Source: an uncultured Pseudomonadota bacterium (GTDB lineage: Bacteria; BMS3Abin14). From it: DNA of 11,729 nt. Positions 1-8,081 of this stretch are shown here, one piece after another. Positions within the stretch are counted from its first letter, which is position 1, and every line of letters begins with the position of its first letter. Both the position numbers and the translations under genes were made by a program. The notes below the pieces were generated by a model that worked only from the letters and a program-made list of their open reading frames with translations, was not told the origin of the DNA and did not search any database. The DNA lies in contig CAYVSA010000004.1 in assembly GCA_964454175.1 (NCBI GenBank), positions 34,907 to 46,635 on the forward strand. The letters are read 5' to 3'.

Positions 1-81
1 ATCCCCATCAGGTGCATCCTCACCGGGTGCGTCCTCATCAGCTGCATCCCCGTCAGGTGCATCCTCACCGGGTGAGTCCTC
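1..81 (-). repeat. Nested 15-bp/45-bp coding tandem repeat in the acidic C-terminal tail of S2
   Basis: 1-36 and 46-81 match at 34/36 nt. Encodes [27 protein letters not shown] up to the window edge. Confidence 0.9.
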
Positions 82-831
82 GGGAATAACCTGCTCAAGA
101 TCACCCCCCGGGGCAGGCGCCTCAACCATGCCGACATCATCGGCTCCCACCAGCTGCTGACCCTCGAGTACCGCATCGGCTATCTTGGAAGCAAACAGGC
201 GGATGGACCGAATGGCATCGTCGTTACCCGGAATAACAAAATCGATCATATCGGGGTCGCAGTTGGTGTCAACTACAGCCACAACCGGGATTCCGAGTTT
301 TTGGACTTCGTTCACGGTTATCTCTTCACGCTTGGGATCGACCACAAAGACCGCATCAGGAAGCCCGTTCATGTTCTTTATGCCCTCAAGGTACCTTGCC
401 AGCTTGTCCTTTTCCTTCTGGATCTTCAGGATCTCCTTTTTAATGAGGCCCCCCCAATCGTTCTCTTCTTCCATGGCCTCGTACTTCTTCAGTCTGGCGA
501 CACTCTTCTTGATGGTGGCGAAGTTGGTCAGAAGTCCTCCAAGCCAGCGCTGGTTCACGAAGGGCATTCCACATCTTTCCGCCTCCTCGCGAATGGATTC
601 CTGGGCCTGTTTTTTTGTGCCGACAAAGAGTACAACACCCTCATCTGCAGAAAGTTCCCTTATGAACCTGTAGGCCTCCTTGAACTGCCTCAGGGTCTTC
701 TGAAGATCAATAATGTAAATCCCGTTCCTGGCCCCGAAGATGTACCTTTTCATCTTTGGGTTCCACCTTCTGGTCTGGTGGCCGAAGTGCACACCTGCCT
801 CCAGAAGCTGTTTCATCGTAACGATCGCCAT
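1..831 (-). CDS. rpsB: 30S ribosomal protein S2 (3' end beyond the window)
   Basis: Manual translation from ATG at 831 gives [46 protein letters not shown]...[14 protein letters not shown], both S2 signatures. AGGAGG SD at 837-842, 5 nt from ATG. No stop before position 1, so the ORF track omitted it. Confidence 0.98.
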   Translation of the reverse strand, partial: MAIVTMKQLLEAGVHFGHQTRRWNPKMKRYIFGARNGIYIIDLQKTLRQFKEAYRFIRELSADEGVVLFVGTKKQAQESIREEAERCGMPFVNQRWLGGLLTNFATIKKSVARLKKYEAMEEENDWGGLIKKEILKIQKEKDKLARYLEGIKNMNGLPDAVFVVDPKREEITVNEVQKLGIPVVAVVDTNCDPDMIDFVIPGNDDAIRSIRLFASKIADAVLEGQQLVGADDVGMVEAPAPGGDLEQVIPEDSPGEDAPDGDAADEDAPGEDAPDGD

Positions 832-948
832 TTTATCCTCCTGTTTTCCGGTTTTTGTCCTCCGCTCCCGTCTATACCCCGGAGAATCCCCCTTCGTCAG
901 CATGGTGACTCCAGGCGACACCGCTCCGCGGATCAGGGGCGTGTGTAG
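832..948 (-). ncRNA. Putative ribosomal protein S2 (rpsB) leader, autoregulatory cis-RNA
   Basis: Minus strand reads ACACACGCCCC...GAGCGGTGTC...GACGGGAGCGGAGGACAAAAACCGG...AGGAGG-ATG. This follows the E. coli rpsB leader layout: 5' ACACAC, a basal stem closing before GGAGG, and a GGU-containing segment (CGGT) complementary to ACCG downstream (pseudoknot). Confidence 0.72.
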
Positions 949-1029
949 TTAAACGCTTTCAAGTATCAGATATTTACGCTATACGCAAGAGCGTTTGGTG
1001 CTGAAAGACCTCTTCCAGACCGGATGCGG

Positions 1030-1055
1030 CGGTGAATCTCCTGGAATTTTCACCG
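1030..1055 (-). terminator. Hairpin just downstream of the argJ stop (possible terminator/stabiliser, no U-tract)
   Basis: CGGTGAA (1030-1036) / TTCACCG (1049-1055) inverted repeat 10 nt past the TGA; no poly-U follows. Confidence 0.3.
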
Positions 1056-1064
1056 GCACGGGAT

Positions 1065-2249
1065 TCATGTCCGGTATTCGCTGTTGATCCTGACATACTC
1101 TTCCGTCAGGTCCGTAGTCAAAATACTCGCAGAACCGGAACCGTTCCCAATAGTGATATTAATGGTGTACCTGCTGCTCTCCATCTGTTTTGCCGCCGCG
1201 GTTTCATCGTAGCCAGCAGCCAGGATGCCGTGTCTCAGGATCTCCACTTCTTCAATACTCAGAGACAGATCTTCAGGGGAGACATCTGCACCGGAATATC
1301 CCAAGGCAGCAGCGATCCTGCCCCAGTTGGGGTCAGCCGCGGCAATAGCCGTCTTCACGAGGAGAGATTCCGCAACGGCCCTTGCTGCCAGTCCAGCCTG
1401 GTCATTATCATAAGCCCCCTCGACATTTACACAGACAACCCTGCTCGCCCCTTCCCCGTCGGCCACTATCTGACCGGCAAGATCACGGCAGACTGCCGAA
1501 ACTGCATCGGAAAAAACTTCGACGTCGCTATCTGTAACTGCCTCCGGTCCCTGGCAGCTGCTGATCATCAGTACCGTGTCGTTGGTGCTCTGATCCCCAT
1601 CAACAGTAATTTGATTAAAGGACCCTTCGCACGCCAGGCCGAGAGCATCCTGCAGCGTTCCCGGCTGGACCTTTGCATCGGTCACAATAAACCCGAGCAT
1701 GGTGGCCATGTTCGGAGCGATCATCCCCGCTCCTTTGGCTATACCAAGGATGCCGGCTTGCCCGCTGGATAGCTCAATGACCCTGCTGCACGTTTTGGTC
1801 CGGGTGTCCGTTGTCAGTATTGCACCTGAAAAAGCGTCAGCCCCGTCGAAGGACAGGCTATCGACAAGACCGGGCAGCGATTTCTTGATCCTGTCAACAG
1901 GGAGTCGGCTGCCGATCACGCCCGTTGAGCAGACCATAACAGACTCTTCCGGTATCCTGAGAAGCTCGGAGACCTCCTTACACATTTGCAGAGCATCCCT
2001 GTAGCCCTGCTCACCAGTCATGGCGTTGGCGTTGCCGCTGTTGACCAGAACGGCCCTGACACCACCAGATGGCAGGCGCTCCCTGCACAGGCGTACAGAG
2101 GCCGCTGCCATTTTATTGGTTGTAAAGACCCCGGCTGCGATAGACCCTTTTGCACAGCTGATCAGTCCCACGTCGTGGCGATCGGACCCTTTTCCCCTGA
2201 TATCGGCTGAACCCGATGCCATCATGATGCCGGGTATCTGGACATTCAT
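1065..2249 (-). CDS. argJ: Ornithine acetyltransferase / glutamate N-acetyltransferase ArgJ
   Basis: 394 aa with GVFTTN, VNSGNANA, STGVIG, TTDT, KGAGMIAPNMATML (autoproteolysis Thr), SFNQITVDGDQSTND, DGEGA, DPNWGRI and terminal DLTEEYVRINSEYRT. ATG overlaps the upstream TAA (TAATG), with GAGGTGAGG SD. Confidence 0.97.
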   Translation of the reverse strand: MNVQIPGIMMASGSADIRGKGSDRHDVGLISCAKGSIAAGVFTTNKMAAASVRLCRERLPSGGVRAVLVNSGNANAMTGEQGYRDALQMCKEVSELLRIPEESVMVCSTGVIGSRLPVDRIKKSLPGLVDSLSFDGADAFSGAILTTDTRTKTCSRVIELSSGQAGILGIAKGAGMIAPNMATMLGFIVTDAKVQPGTLQDALGLACEGSFNQITVDGDQSTNDTVLMISSCQGPEAVTDSDVEVFSDAVSAVCRDLAGQIVADGEGASRVVCVNVEGAYDNDQAGLAARAVAESLLVKTAIAAADPNWGRIAAALGYSGADVSPEDLSLSIEEVEILRHGILAAGYDETAAAKQMESSRYTINITIGNGSGSASILTTDLTEEYVRINSEYRT

Positions 2250-3979
2250 TATTCCTCACCTCTCCTGCCGGGAAGAAGGATGTGCAAACTGCTTCCCTCA
2301 CCAGGCCTGCTTGTGGCCCATATTGCCCCATGGTGCCGTTCGATGATCGCCCTGGCAATGGACAATCCGAGGCCAACACCTGAGGGTTTGGTAGTCATTA
2401 TGTCCCCCAGCTGCTTGAATTTCTGAAAAATAAAGGGTATCTCCCTTTCCTCCATTCCCTCTCCCCTGTCAGAGACGGTGATCTCTATCCAACCGTTTGC
2501 ACCGCTCGCGTTATCTAATCCCTGATTCCGTGCGTATTCAGGGATATCTGGCACAGTTTCGTGCTCGACGGCCTTGATAGCCACAGGAGATTCCTCTGGT
2601 GAGAATTTCACGGAGTTTTCCAGAACCAGTTCAAGGGCTCTCGCCAGTAGGGAAGGGTCACAGATGATGTTGCCCATCTCGTTATCATCATAGGACCTTA
2701 TTATCTCCCTCGAGCTGAGGGATTTGCCCATGCTCTCTTCTGCCCGCTCGACAATATCGGATATCGTGTTTGATCCCTGTTTCCACGGGACCCGGCCAGC
2801 CTCAAGCCTGAAGAGTTCCAGCATCCTCTCAACTATATGATTAAGGCGGTGAGCAGACTCGTCTATCCTGCCCAGATAATCTCCCAGGTCCTCCATGTCG
2901 CCTTCCAGTTCCAGGGTGGGGATAAGGCCCGCGAAACCGAAAATGGATGTGAGTGGCGTTTTCAGTTCATGAGAAATATTCAGGATCAGCTCGGTTTTAT
3001 CCTTGTCCAGCCTCACAAGGTCTTCGTGGGCCCTTGCAAGGGCTTCAGCCTTTTCCTCGAGCCCGTGGAACAAGCGTGTATTGTCAATGGCCATGGCCAC
3101 CTGGGACCCTATGGTAACCAGGAGGTCAAGCTCGCTCTGGGAAAAAGGCATGCCGCTCATTTTATTGTTGGCGTTAATAACTCCCAGCACCCTTTCTCCC
3201 CTTTTGAGGGGTACACACATTGCGGATTGGGTGGAGTACTGTTCCGAGAAGGTGGAGGGTTTGAATTGATCGTGTTCCTCTATGTTGTTAATGAGAACAG
3301 GTTCGCCCTTTTCTGCCACCCATCCAGATATGCCCGATCCGATCTTCACATGGGCACGGCCTATGATCCCGGTTGGCAGCCCTATCGCTTCGGTAACTGC
3401 TAGATTGTCGCCATCTACGAGCATAAGCGAGACTGTTTCCACCTGAAGCGTGTCCGATACCGCCTCCACCGTATTCCTGAAAAGAGTCTTCAGGATGTCC
3501 CTGCCGGAAGACTCACCAAGGTGTCTCAGAGCCAGCAGTTCGCGTGTCCAGAGCTGGGAACGGACAATGAGCTCGTCCTTTTCCATGGCCTCTGTATACG
3601 ACATAAAAGCCCTGTTGACTGCCTCCAGGAGTTTGTCAGGTTTAATGGGCTTCGGGAGAAAATCAAAGGCACCATTTCGCAGCATTTCTACGGCTGCATC
3701 GAAGGACTGCACACCGCTGATACAGATCACCGGCAGGATGGGATACAACTCCCTGATGGCCTTGAGCAGATCAATGCCGGTCAGGTCTGCCATCACCAGA
3801 TCAGTTATCACAATATCAAAGACCGTGCCTTCCAGCGCCTCCAGTGCCTGGGCACCGCTTGAAACGCCTTCCGTTTCGAGCCCGCACACTCTCAGGATGT
3901 CCAGGATCTTCATCAGGAAGATATTGTCATCGTCCACGACCAGCACTCGCGGAGTCTTTGCATCGGGCTTACTCTTCAA
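2249..3979 (-). CDS. Cytoplasmic hybrid histidine kinase, REC-GAF-HisKA-HATPase_c
   Basis: Receiver (VLVVDDD, ITD60LVM, ISG, GAFDFLPKP); GAF (GISGWVAEKGEPVLI, MCVPLKRGERVLGVI, FSQSELDLL..AMAIDN); H-box ISHELKTPLTSI; N-box ENSVKFS; G1 VSDRGEGM; F-box IFQKF; G2 GVGLGLSI. No transmembrane segment seen. TTG start with GAGGTG SD overlapping the secA stop. Confidence 0.95.
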   Translation of the reverse strand: MKSKPDAKTPRVLVVDDDNIFLMKILDILRVCGLETEGVSSGAQALEALEGTVFDIVITDLVMADLTGIDLLKAIRELYPILPVICISGVQSFDAAVEMLRNGAFDFLPKPIKPDKLLEAVNRAFMSYTEAMEKDELIVRSQLWTRELLALRHLGESSGRDILKTLFRNTVEAVSDTLQVETVSLMLVDGDNLAVTEAIGLPTGIIGRAHVKIGSGISGWVAEKGEPVLINNIEEHDQFKPSTFSEQYSTQSAMCVPLKRGERVLGVINANNKMSGMPFSQSELDLLVTIGSQVAMAIDNTRLFHGLEEKAEALARAHEDLVRLDKDKTELILNISHELKTPLTSIFGFAGLIPTLELEGDMEDLGDYLGRIDESAHRLNHIVERMLELFRLEAGRVPWKQGSNTISDIVERAEESMGKSLSSREIIRSYDDNEMGNIICDPSLLARALELVLENSVKFSPEESPVAIKAVEHETVPDIPEYARNQGLDNASGANGWIEITVSDRGEGMEEREIPFIFQKFKQLGDIMTTKPSGVGLGLSIARAIIERHHGAIWATSRPGEGSSLHILLPGRRGEE

Positions 3980-3988
3980 AAGCTCACC

Positions 3989-6610
3989 TCAGGCTGCTCC
4001 ACAGCACTTCTTGTATTTCTTGCCCGAACCACAGGGACAGGGCTCATTCCTGCCAACCTTCCTGCCCTCCCGGCGAACGGTCAGCGGCTTCTCCTTCTGC
4101 CCGCCGCTGTCTCCTCGGCCCATTATTATCCGCTGTTCCCTTCGTTCAGGAAGCTCCTCTTCATCCTGGGTGATCTTAACCATGTAAAGGGTCCTGACAG
4201 TATCCTCCCTGACCCTGTCCATCATTTCCGAGAACATGGAGAACCCGTCGATCTTGTACTCTGATAGAGGGTCACGCTGACCATATCCCCGGAGACCGAC
4301 GCCTTCTCTCAGTTGATCCATGTTGTAAAGGTGGTCTTTCCACTGCGAATCCAGTATCTGCAAAAGGAAGATCCGCTCTACCCTCCGCATCAGTTCAGGG
4401 CCGTACTCCTTCTCTTTAACAGCATACCCGGTCTGAACCAATTCCAGCAGTCCATCGAATATTTCCTCGGCGGTACCGGAAAAAAGCTCCTCGTCCGGTT
4501 TCAACCCGAAAATTGCAAATACACGCTCAGAGAGGTGTTCAAGATCCCAATCCTCCCTGTGGGCCCTGGGATCAACGTAGATATCCATCTCGTTTTCCAG
4601 TACCTCTGAGGCCATACCGCTGACCCACGTTGACAGGTCTTCCGAACTGAGGATCTCCCGCCTCTGCCCGTAAACAACTTCCCTTTGCTTGTTCATGACA
4701 TCATCATATTCCAGCAGATGCTTACGTATATCAAAGTTGTGGCCTTCGACTCGGCCCTGAGCGTTTTCAATGGCTTTTGAAACCATTCTGTTCTCTATCT
4801 CCTGCCCCTCTGTCATGCCCAGCTTTTCCATGAGACCCGCTATCTTCTCTGAGCCGAAGATCCGCATCAGGTCGTCCTCCAGGCTTAAAAAGAACCGGGA
4901 TGAGCCCGGGTCTCCCTGACGGCCGGATCGCCCCCTGAGCTGGTTGTCTATTCTGCGGCTTTCGTGGCGCTCGGTCCCCAGGATATGAAGACCACCGGCC
5001 CCGAGCACTTCTTCCCGCTCACCGCCGCATTTTTCGCTGAGCTCTTCAAACAGCTTTTCGAATTCCCCGCTCTGTGTGTCGGCTGCCTTCTTCAGGGCAA
5101 GGAACTGGGCGTTGCCCCCGAGCACTATGTCGGTTCCCCTGCCTGCCATGTTTGTGGCAATCGTCACTGAGCCCTTTCTCCCAGCCTGGGCCACTATCTC
5201 TGCTTCATTCTCATGCTGCTTTGCGTTAAGAACATTATGAGGGATTCCCTCCCTTTTCAGCATCCTTGAAAGGAGTTCGGAACTCTCAATAGATGTGGTC
5301 CCGACGAGTACCGGCTGACCCCTGTGGTGACAGTCAATGATCTCTTCCATGATGGCCGAATTCTTTTCCCCCGCGGTCCTGTAGATGACATCCGGGAAAT
5401 CATTTCTCACCATGGGCATGTGGGTGGGCACCACTATTACGTCAAGGTTGTATATCTGTTTGAACTCGGCCGCTTCAGTATCCGCTGTTCCGGTCATGCC
5501 CGCAAGTTTATCGTACATTCGGAAGAAGTTCTGGAAGGTGATGGAAGCAAGGGTCTGGTTCTCACTCTCAATTTTAACTGATTCCTTAGCTTCAAGGGCC
5601 TGGTGGAGGCCATCGCTGTACCTTCTGCCGGACATCAGCCTTCCGGTAAATTCATCCACGATGATCACCTGGTTGTCTTTAACCACGTAATCGACGTCTC
5701 TTTTAAAAAGGACATGCGCCCTCAAAGCCTGCTGAACGTGATGGTTGAGCTCGATATTGGAGGGTTCGAAGAGGTTTTCCAGGTTGAGCATACTTTCAAC
5801 TTTTTCAACCCCTTCCTCGGTAAGCATAGCGCTTCTTGCTTTCTCGTCGACCGTGTAATGGGCTTCTTTCTTGAGGCGGGGAATGAGCTTGTCACAGGAG
5901 TAGTACTTTTCTGTCGATTCCTCTGCCGGACCGGATATGATCAGCGGTGTTCGCGCCTCATCGACGAGAATACTGTCCACCTCATCCACAATTGCGTAGT
6001 TAAGGTCTTTTTGAACGTAGTCACCCAGATCGAACTTCATATTGTCCCTTAGATAATCGAACCCGAATTCATTGTTGGTCCCGTAGGTGACGTCCGCCCC
6101 GTAGGCAGCCCCCCGCTCCATGTCTCCCATATCGTGTTGTATAATGCCAACCTCGAGACCGAGGAAATTATATATCTTGCCCATCCACTCGCTGTCCCTT
6201 TTGGCCAGGTAATCGTTCACTGTTACAACGTGAACACCCCTGCCGGTGAGTGAATTCAGATAAACAGGCAGGGTAGCAACCAGTGTTTTCCCCTCACCGG
6301 TCTTCATTTCAGCGATCTTACCTTCGTGGAGGACGATACCGCCCATGATCTGGACGTCAAAGTGCCTCATGCCGAGGACGCGCTTTGCCGCTTCCCTGAC
6401 TACCGCAAAGGACTCCGGCAGGAGGTCATCCAATTCCTCGCCTCTTTCCAATCTGCCCTTAAACTCCGCTGTTTTTGCCACAAGCTCAGCGTCCGAAAGG
6501 GATGTGATCTTTCCTTCGAGTTCGCCAACGTGTTGAACCAGAGGGCCAAAACGTTTGATCTCCCTCTCATTCTTGCTGCCGAAGATCTTTTTCCCGATGT
6601 TGTTTAGCAT
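3989..6610 (-). CDS. secA: Preprotein translocase ATPase SecA
   Basis: 873 aa with Walker [65 protein letters not shown] and C-terminal SEC-C zinc motif [19 protein letters not shown]. Confidence 0.99.
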   Translation of the reverse strand: MLNNIGKKIFGSKNEREIKRFGPLVQHVGELEGKITSLSDAELVAKTAEFKGRLERGEELDDLLPESFAVVREAAKRVLGMRHFDVQIMGGIVLHEGKIAEMKTGEGKTLVATLPVYLNSLTGRGVHVVTVNDYLAKRDSEWMGKIYNFLGLEVGIIQHDMGDMERGAAYGADVTYGTNNEFGFDYLRDNMKFDLGDYVQKDLNYAIVDEVDSILVDEARTPLIISGPAEESTEKYYSCDKLIPRLKKEAHYTVDEKARSAMLTEEGVEKVESMLNLENLFEPSNIELNHHVQQALRAHVLFKRDVDYVVKDNQVIIVDEFTGRLMSGRRYSDGLHQALEAKESVKIESENQTLASITFQNFFRMYDKLAGMTGTADTEAAEFKQIYNLDVIVVPTHMPMVRNDFPDVIYRTAGEKNSAIMEEIIDCHHRGQPVLVGTTSIESSELLSRMLKREGIPHNVLNAKQHENEAEIVAQAGRKGSVTIATNMAGRGTDIVLGGNAQFLALKKAADTQSGEFEKLFEELSEKCGGEREEVLGAGGLHILGTERHESRRIDNQLRGRSGRQGDPGSSRFFLSLEDDLMRIFGSEKIAGLMEKLGMTEGQEIENRMVSKAIENAQGRVEGHNFDIRKHLLEYDDVMNKQREVVYGQRREILSSEDLSTWVSGMASEVLENEMDIYVDPRAHREDWDLEHLSERVFAIFGLKPDEELFSGTAEEIFDGLLELVQTGYAVKEKEYGPELMRRVERIFLLQILDSQWKDHLYNMDQLREGVGLRGYGQRDPLSEYKIDGFSMFSEMMDRVREDTVRTLYMVKITQDEEELPERREQRIIMGRGDSGGQKEKPLTVRREGRKVGRNEPCPCGSGKKYKKCCGAA

Positions 6611-6723
6611 ATTGAGGACAAATCCTTTCCGATGTTAAATACCGGCTCTTTTGGGATCAGCGTATTATCGTTAACAGTCTGGCGACGGGCTGGCTGTCAG
6701 CCCGGCCCGAAGTCATCAGTACA

Positions 6724-6760
6724 ACCCTACATTAATAAACATTCATTCTTCAACTTTCAA
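6724..6760 (-). promoter_or_regulatory. Candidate sigma70-type promoter(s) for secA
   Basis: AT-rich patch: TTGAAA (6755-6760) -17 nt- TATTAA (6732-6737), or TTGAAG (6748-6753) -18 nt- TAGGGT (6724-6729). It lies downstream of the M23 terminator, so secA probably needs its own promoter. Confidence 0.4.
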
Positions 6761-6777
6761 CGTTTACTTTTGATAGG

Positions 6778-6860
6778 GTCGTAAAAAAGGAAAAGCGTGG
6801 TTTTCTCTTTCCTTTCGTGATCTCACTACTTGTCGTAAAAAGTCCATCCGTGGCTTTATT
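6778..6860. repeat. Degenerate intergenic direct repeat (GTCGTAAAAA...CGTGG-YTTT x2) with a hairpin
   Basis: GTCGTAAAAA at 6778-6787 and 6832-6841, each followed by CGTGG (6796-6800, 6849-6853). AAAGGAAA (6786-6793) / TTTCCTTT (6808-6815) inverted repeat. Confidence 0.6.
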
Positions 6861-6912
6861 GATTCTCTCTGTCTATTATCATTCTCACTCCCTCGTCCTC
6901 ATCAGCTGTGAC

Positions 6913-6949
6913 AAAAAAAGAACCCCGAAAATGGTATTCCCGGGGTTCT
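6913..6949 (-). terminator. Rho-independent terminator of the M23 peptidase transcript
   Basis: Minus strand: AGAACCCCG-GGAATACCATTTT-CGGGGTTCT-TTTTTT, a 9-bp perfect stem (extendable with GU/AU pairs) plus U-tract, about 30 nt after the stop. Confidence 0.88.
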
Positions 6950-6977
6950 GATCGTTCAGGACAACAAATAAACGGGA

Positions 6978-7889
6978 TCAGTTGAGAATGTACCTCATGG
7001 GGTTGACCGCGACACCGTTGACCAGGATCTCGTAGTGAAGGTGCGGCCCTGTACTGCGTCCAGTGTTGCCGACTCTGGCTACCACATCGCCCCTCTTGAC
7101 TTTTTGGCCCCTCTTTACCTCCAGGACCGAGGCGTGGCCGAATTTGGTCACGATCCCGTAACCGTGGTCTATGAGAACCAGATTCCCGTAACCGCCCTCA
7201 CGCCCTGAAAAGATCACAAGGCCGTCCGCGGGAGCAATTATCGAAGTTCCTGTCCTCGTGGCCACATCAACACCCTTGTGCATCTCTCGCCTGCCGGTAA
7301 AGGGTGAAGTACGATATCCAAATGTTGAAGTCTTCCAGCCCCGCACCGGCCAGATCGACGGGGTGGAGGCCAGCAGGGACTTCTGGTCCTCAAGATACTC
7401 CACCAGTTCCTGGAAGCTGCGCTCCTGGATGGTGGCCTCGGTCATAAGCCTGGACAGCCCCTTGGTCATGTTGTCGAGCAGGGCTTTGTCCTGGAAGGAA
7501 ATATTCGCCTCCATGGGATTGAAGGGTTCTGGATTTTCACCGCCAATACCCATGAACTGTTCGGGATATACAACTCCGTCCAGGTCAGCCATGACCCTCA
7601 ATTTGGTATCAAAGTGTCTGAGTCGGTTCATTTCAGACTGGAGGTCGTTGATCGTCTTGGCATAGGTGATGAGCTGCTGCTTCTGCTGCCTGGTCTGGAG
7701 CCTCATACCGGCAAGCTCACCAACCTGGTTCCTCACCAGGAAATAATCGGTGAAAATTACTGCAAAAAGGACGACGAAGATAACCGATGCTGCCAGAAGA
7801 CCCTTAACAAAAAACCCTGGAACCCTGTACCTGCGGACCTTCGTGGTCTCGTCTGGCAGGATCATAACAGTATACTTTTTCTTGGTCAC
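6978..7889 (-). CDS. M23 family (LytM) zinc metallopeptidase with N-terminal membrane anchor and coiled coil
   Basis: HxxxD (HKGVD) and HxH (STGPHLHYE) motifs, GYGNLVLIDHG, hydrophobic GLLAASVIFVVLFAVIF segment, Q/L-rich coiled coil. I prefer the GTG at 7889 (AGGGAG SD, 303 aa, MTKKKYTVMILPD) over the track's TTG at 7949, which adds an implausible Cys-rich 20 aa. Confidence 0.93.
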   Translation of the reverse strand: MTKKKYTVMILPDETTKVRRYRVPGFFVKGLLAASVIFVVLFAVIFTDYFLVRNQVGELAGMRLQTRQQKQQLITYAKTINDLQSEMNRLRHFDTKLRVMADLDGVVYPEQFMGIGGENPEPFNPMEANISFQDKALLDNMTKGLSRLMTEATIQERSFQELVEYLEDQKSLLASTPSIWPVRGWKTSTFGYRTSPFTGRREMHKGVDVATRTGTSIIAPADGLVIFSGREGGYGNLVLIDHGYGIVTKFGHASVLEVKRGQKVKRGDVVARVGNTGRSTGPHLHYEILVNGVAVNPMRYILN

Positions 7890-7952
7890 GGCACAAACTC
7901 TCCCTACGGAAGCTAAACAGCAACCTAAGTTACAAACGAGGATTTTCAAGCG

Positions 7953-7981
7953 AAACTAACACATTATATCCAAGAAATCAA
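7953..7981 (-). promoter_or_regulatory. Candidate sigma70 promoter for the M23 gene
   Basis: TTGATT (7976-7981) -17 nt- TAGTTT (7953-7958) with extended TGn. A perfect TATAAT also lies at 7963-7968, without a good -35. Confidence 0.4.
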
Positions 7982-8081
7982 GAATAGTGATAGTGGCAAA
8001 AAACACGGAATATCCCCTGAATTTACTGCGATAATAATATTTTAGGACCAGCCGGATCTGTCTTGTGAACCTGCTTTCCCG

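Noticed and set aside
2113..2379. Alternative-frame minus ORF of 88 aa (similarly 8726-8917, 63 aa)
   Set aside because: Fully overlaps established genes in another frame, with no motif support.
6764..6882. Tiny minus-strand ORFs upstream of secA (MIIDRENQ; MDFLRQVVRSRKERENHAFPFLRPYQK) as SecM-like arrest peptides
   Set aside because: No signal sequence or arrest-like motif. They lie between the terminator and the candidate promoter, so are probably not transcribed.
7890..7949. Cys-rich N-terminal extension of the M23 peptidase in the ORF track
   Set aside because: No SD at the TTG, which sits right by the candidate -10. The GTG at 7889 has an SD and a family-typical N-terminus.
7998..8017. 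Possible terminator after pmbA (GGGATATTCC then GTGTTTTTT on the minus strand)
   Set aside because: The stem is too short and the loop too tight for a credible intrinsic terminator.
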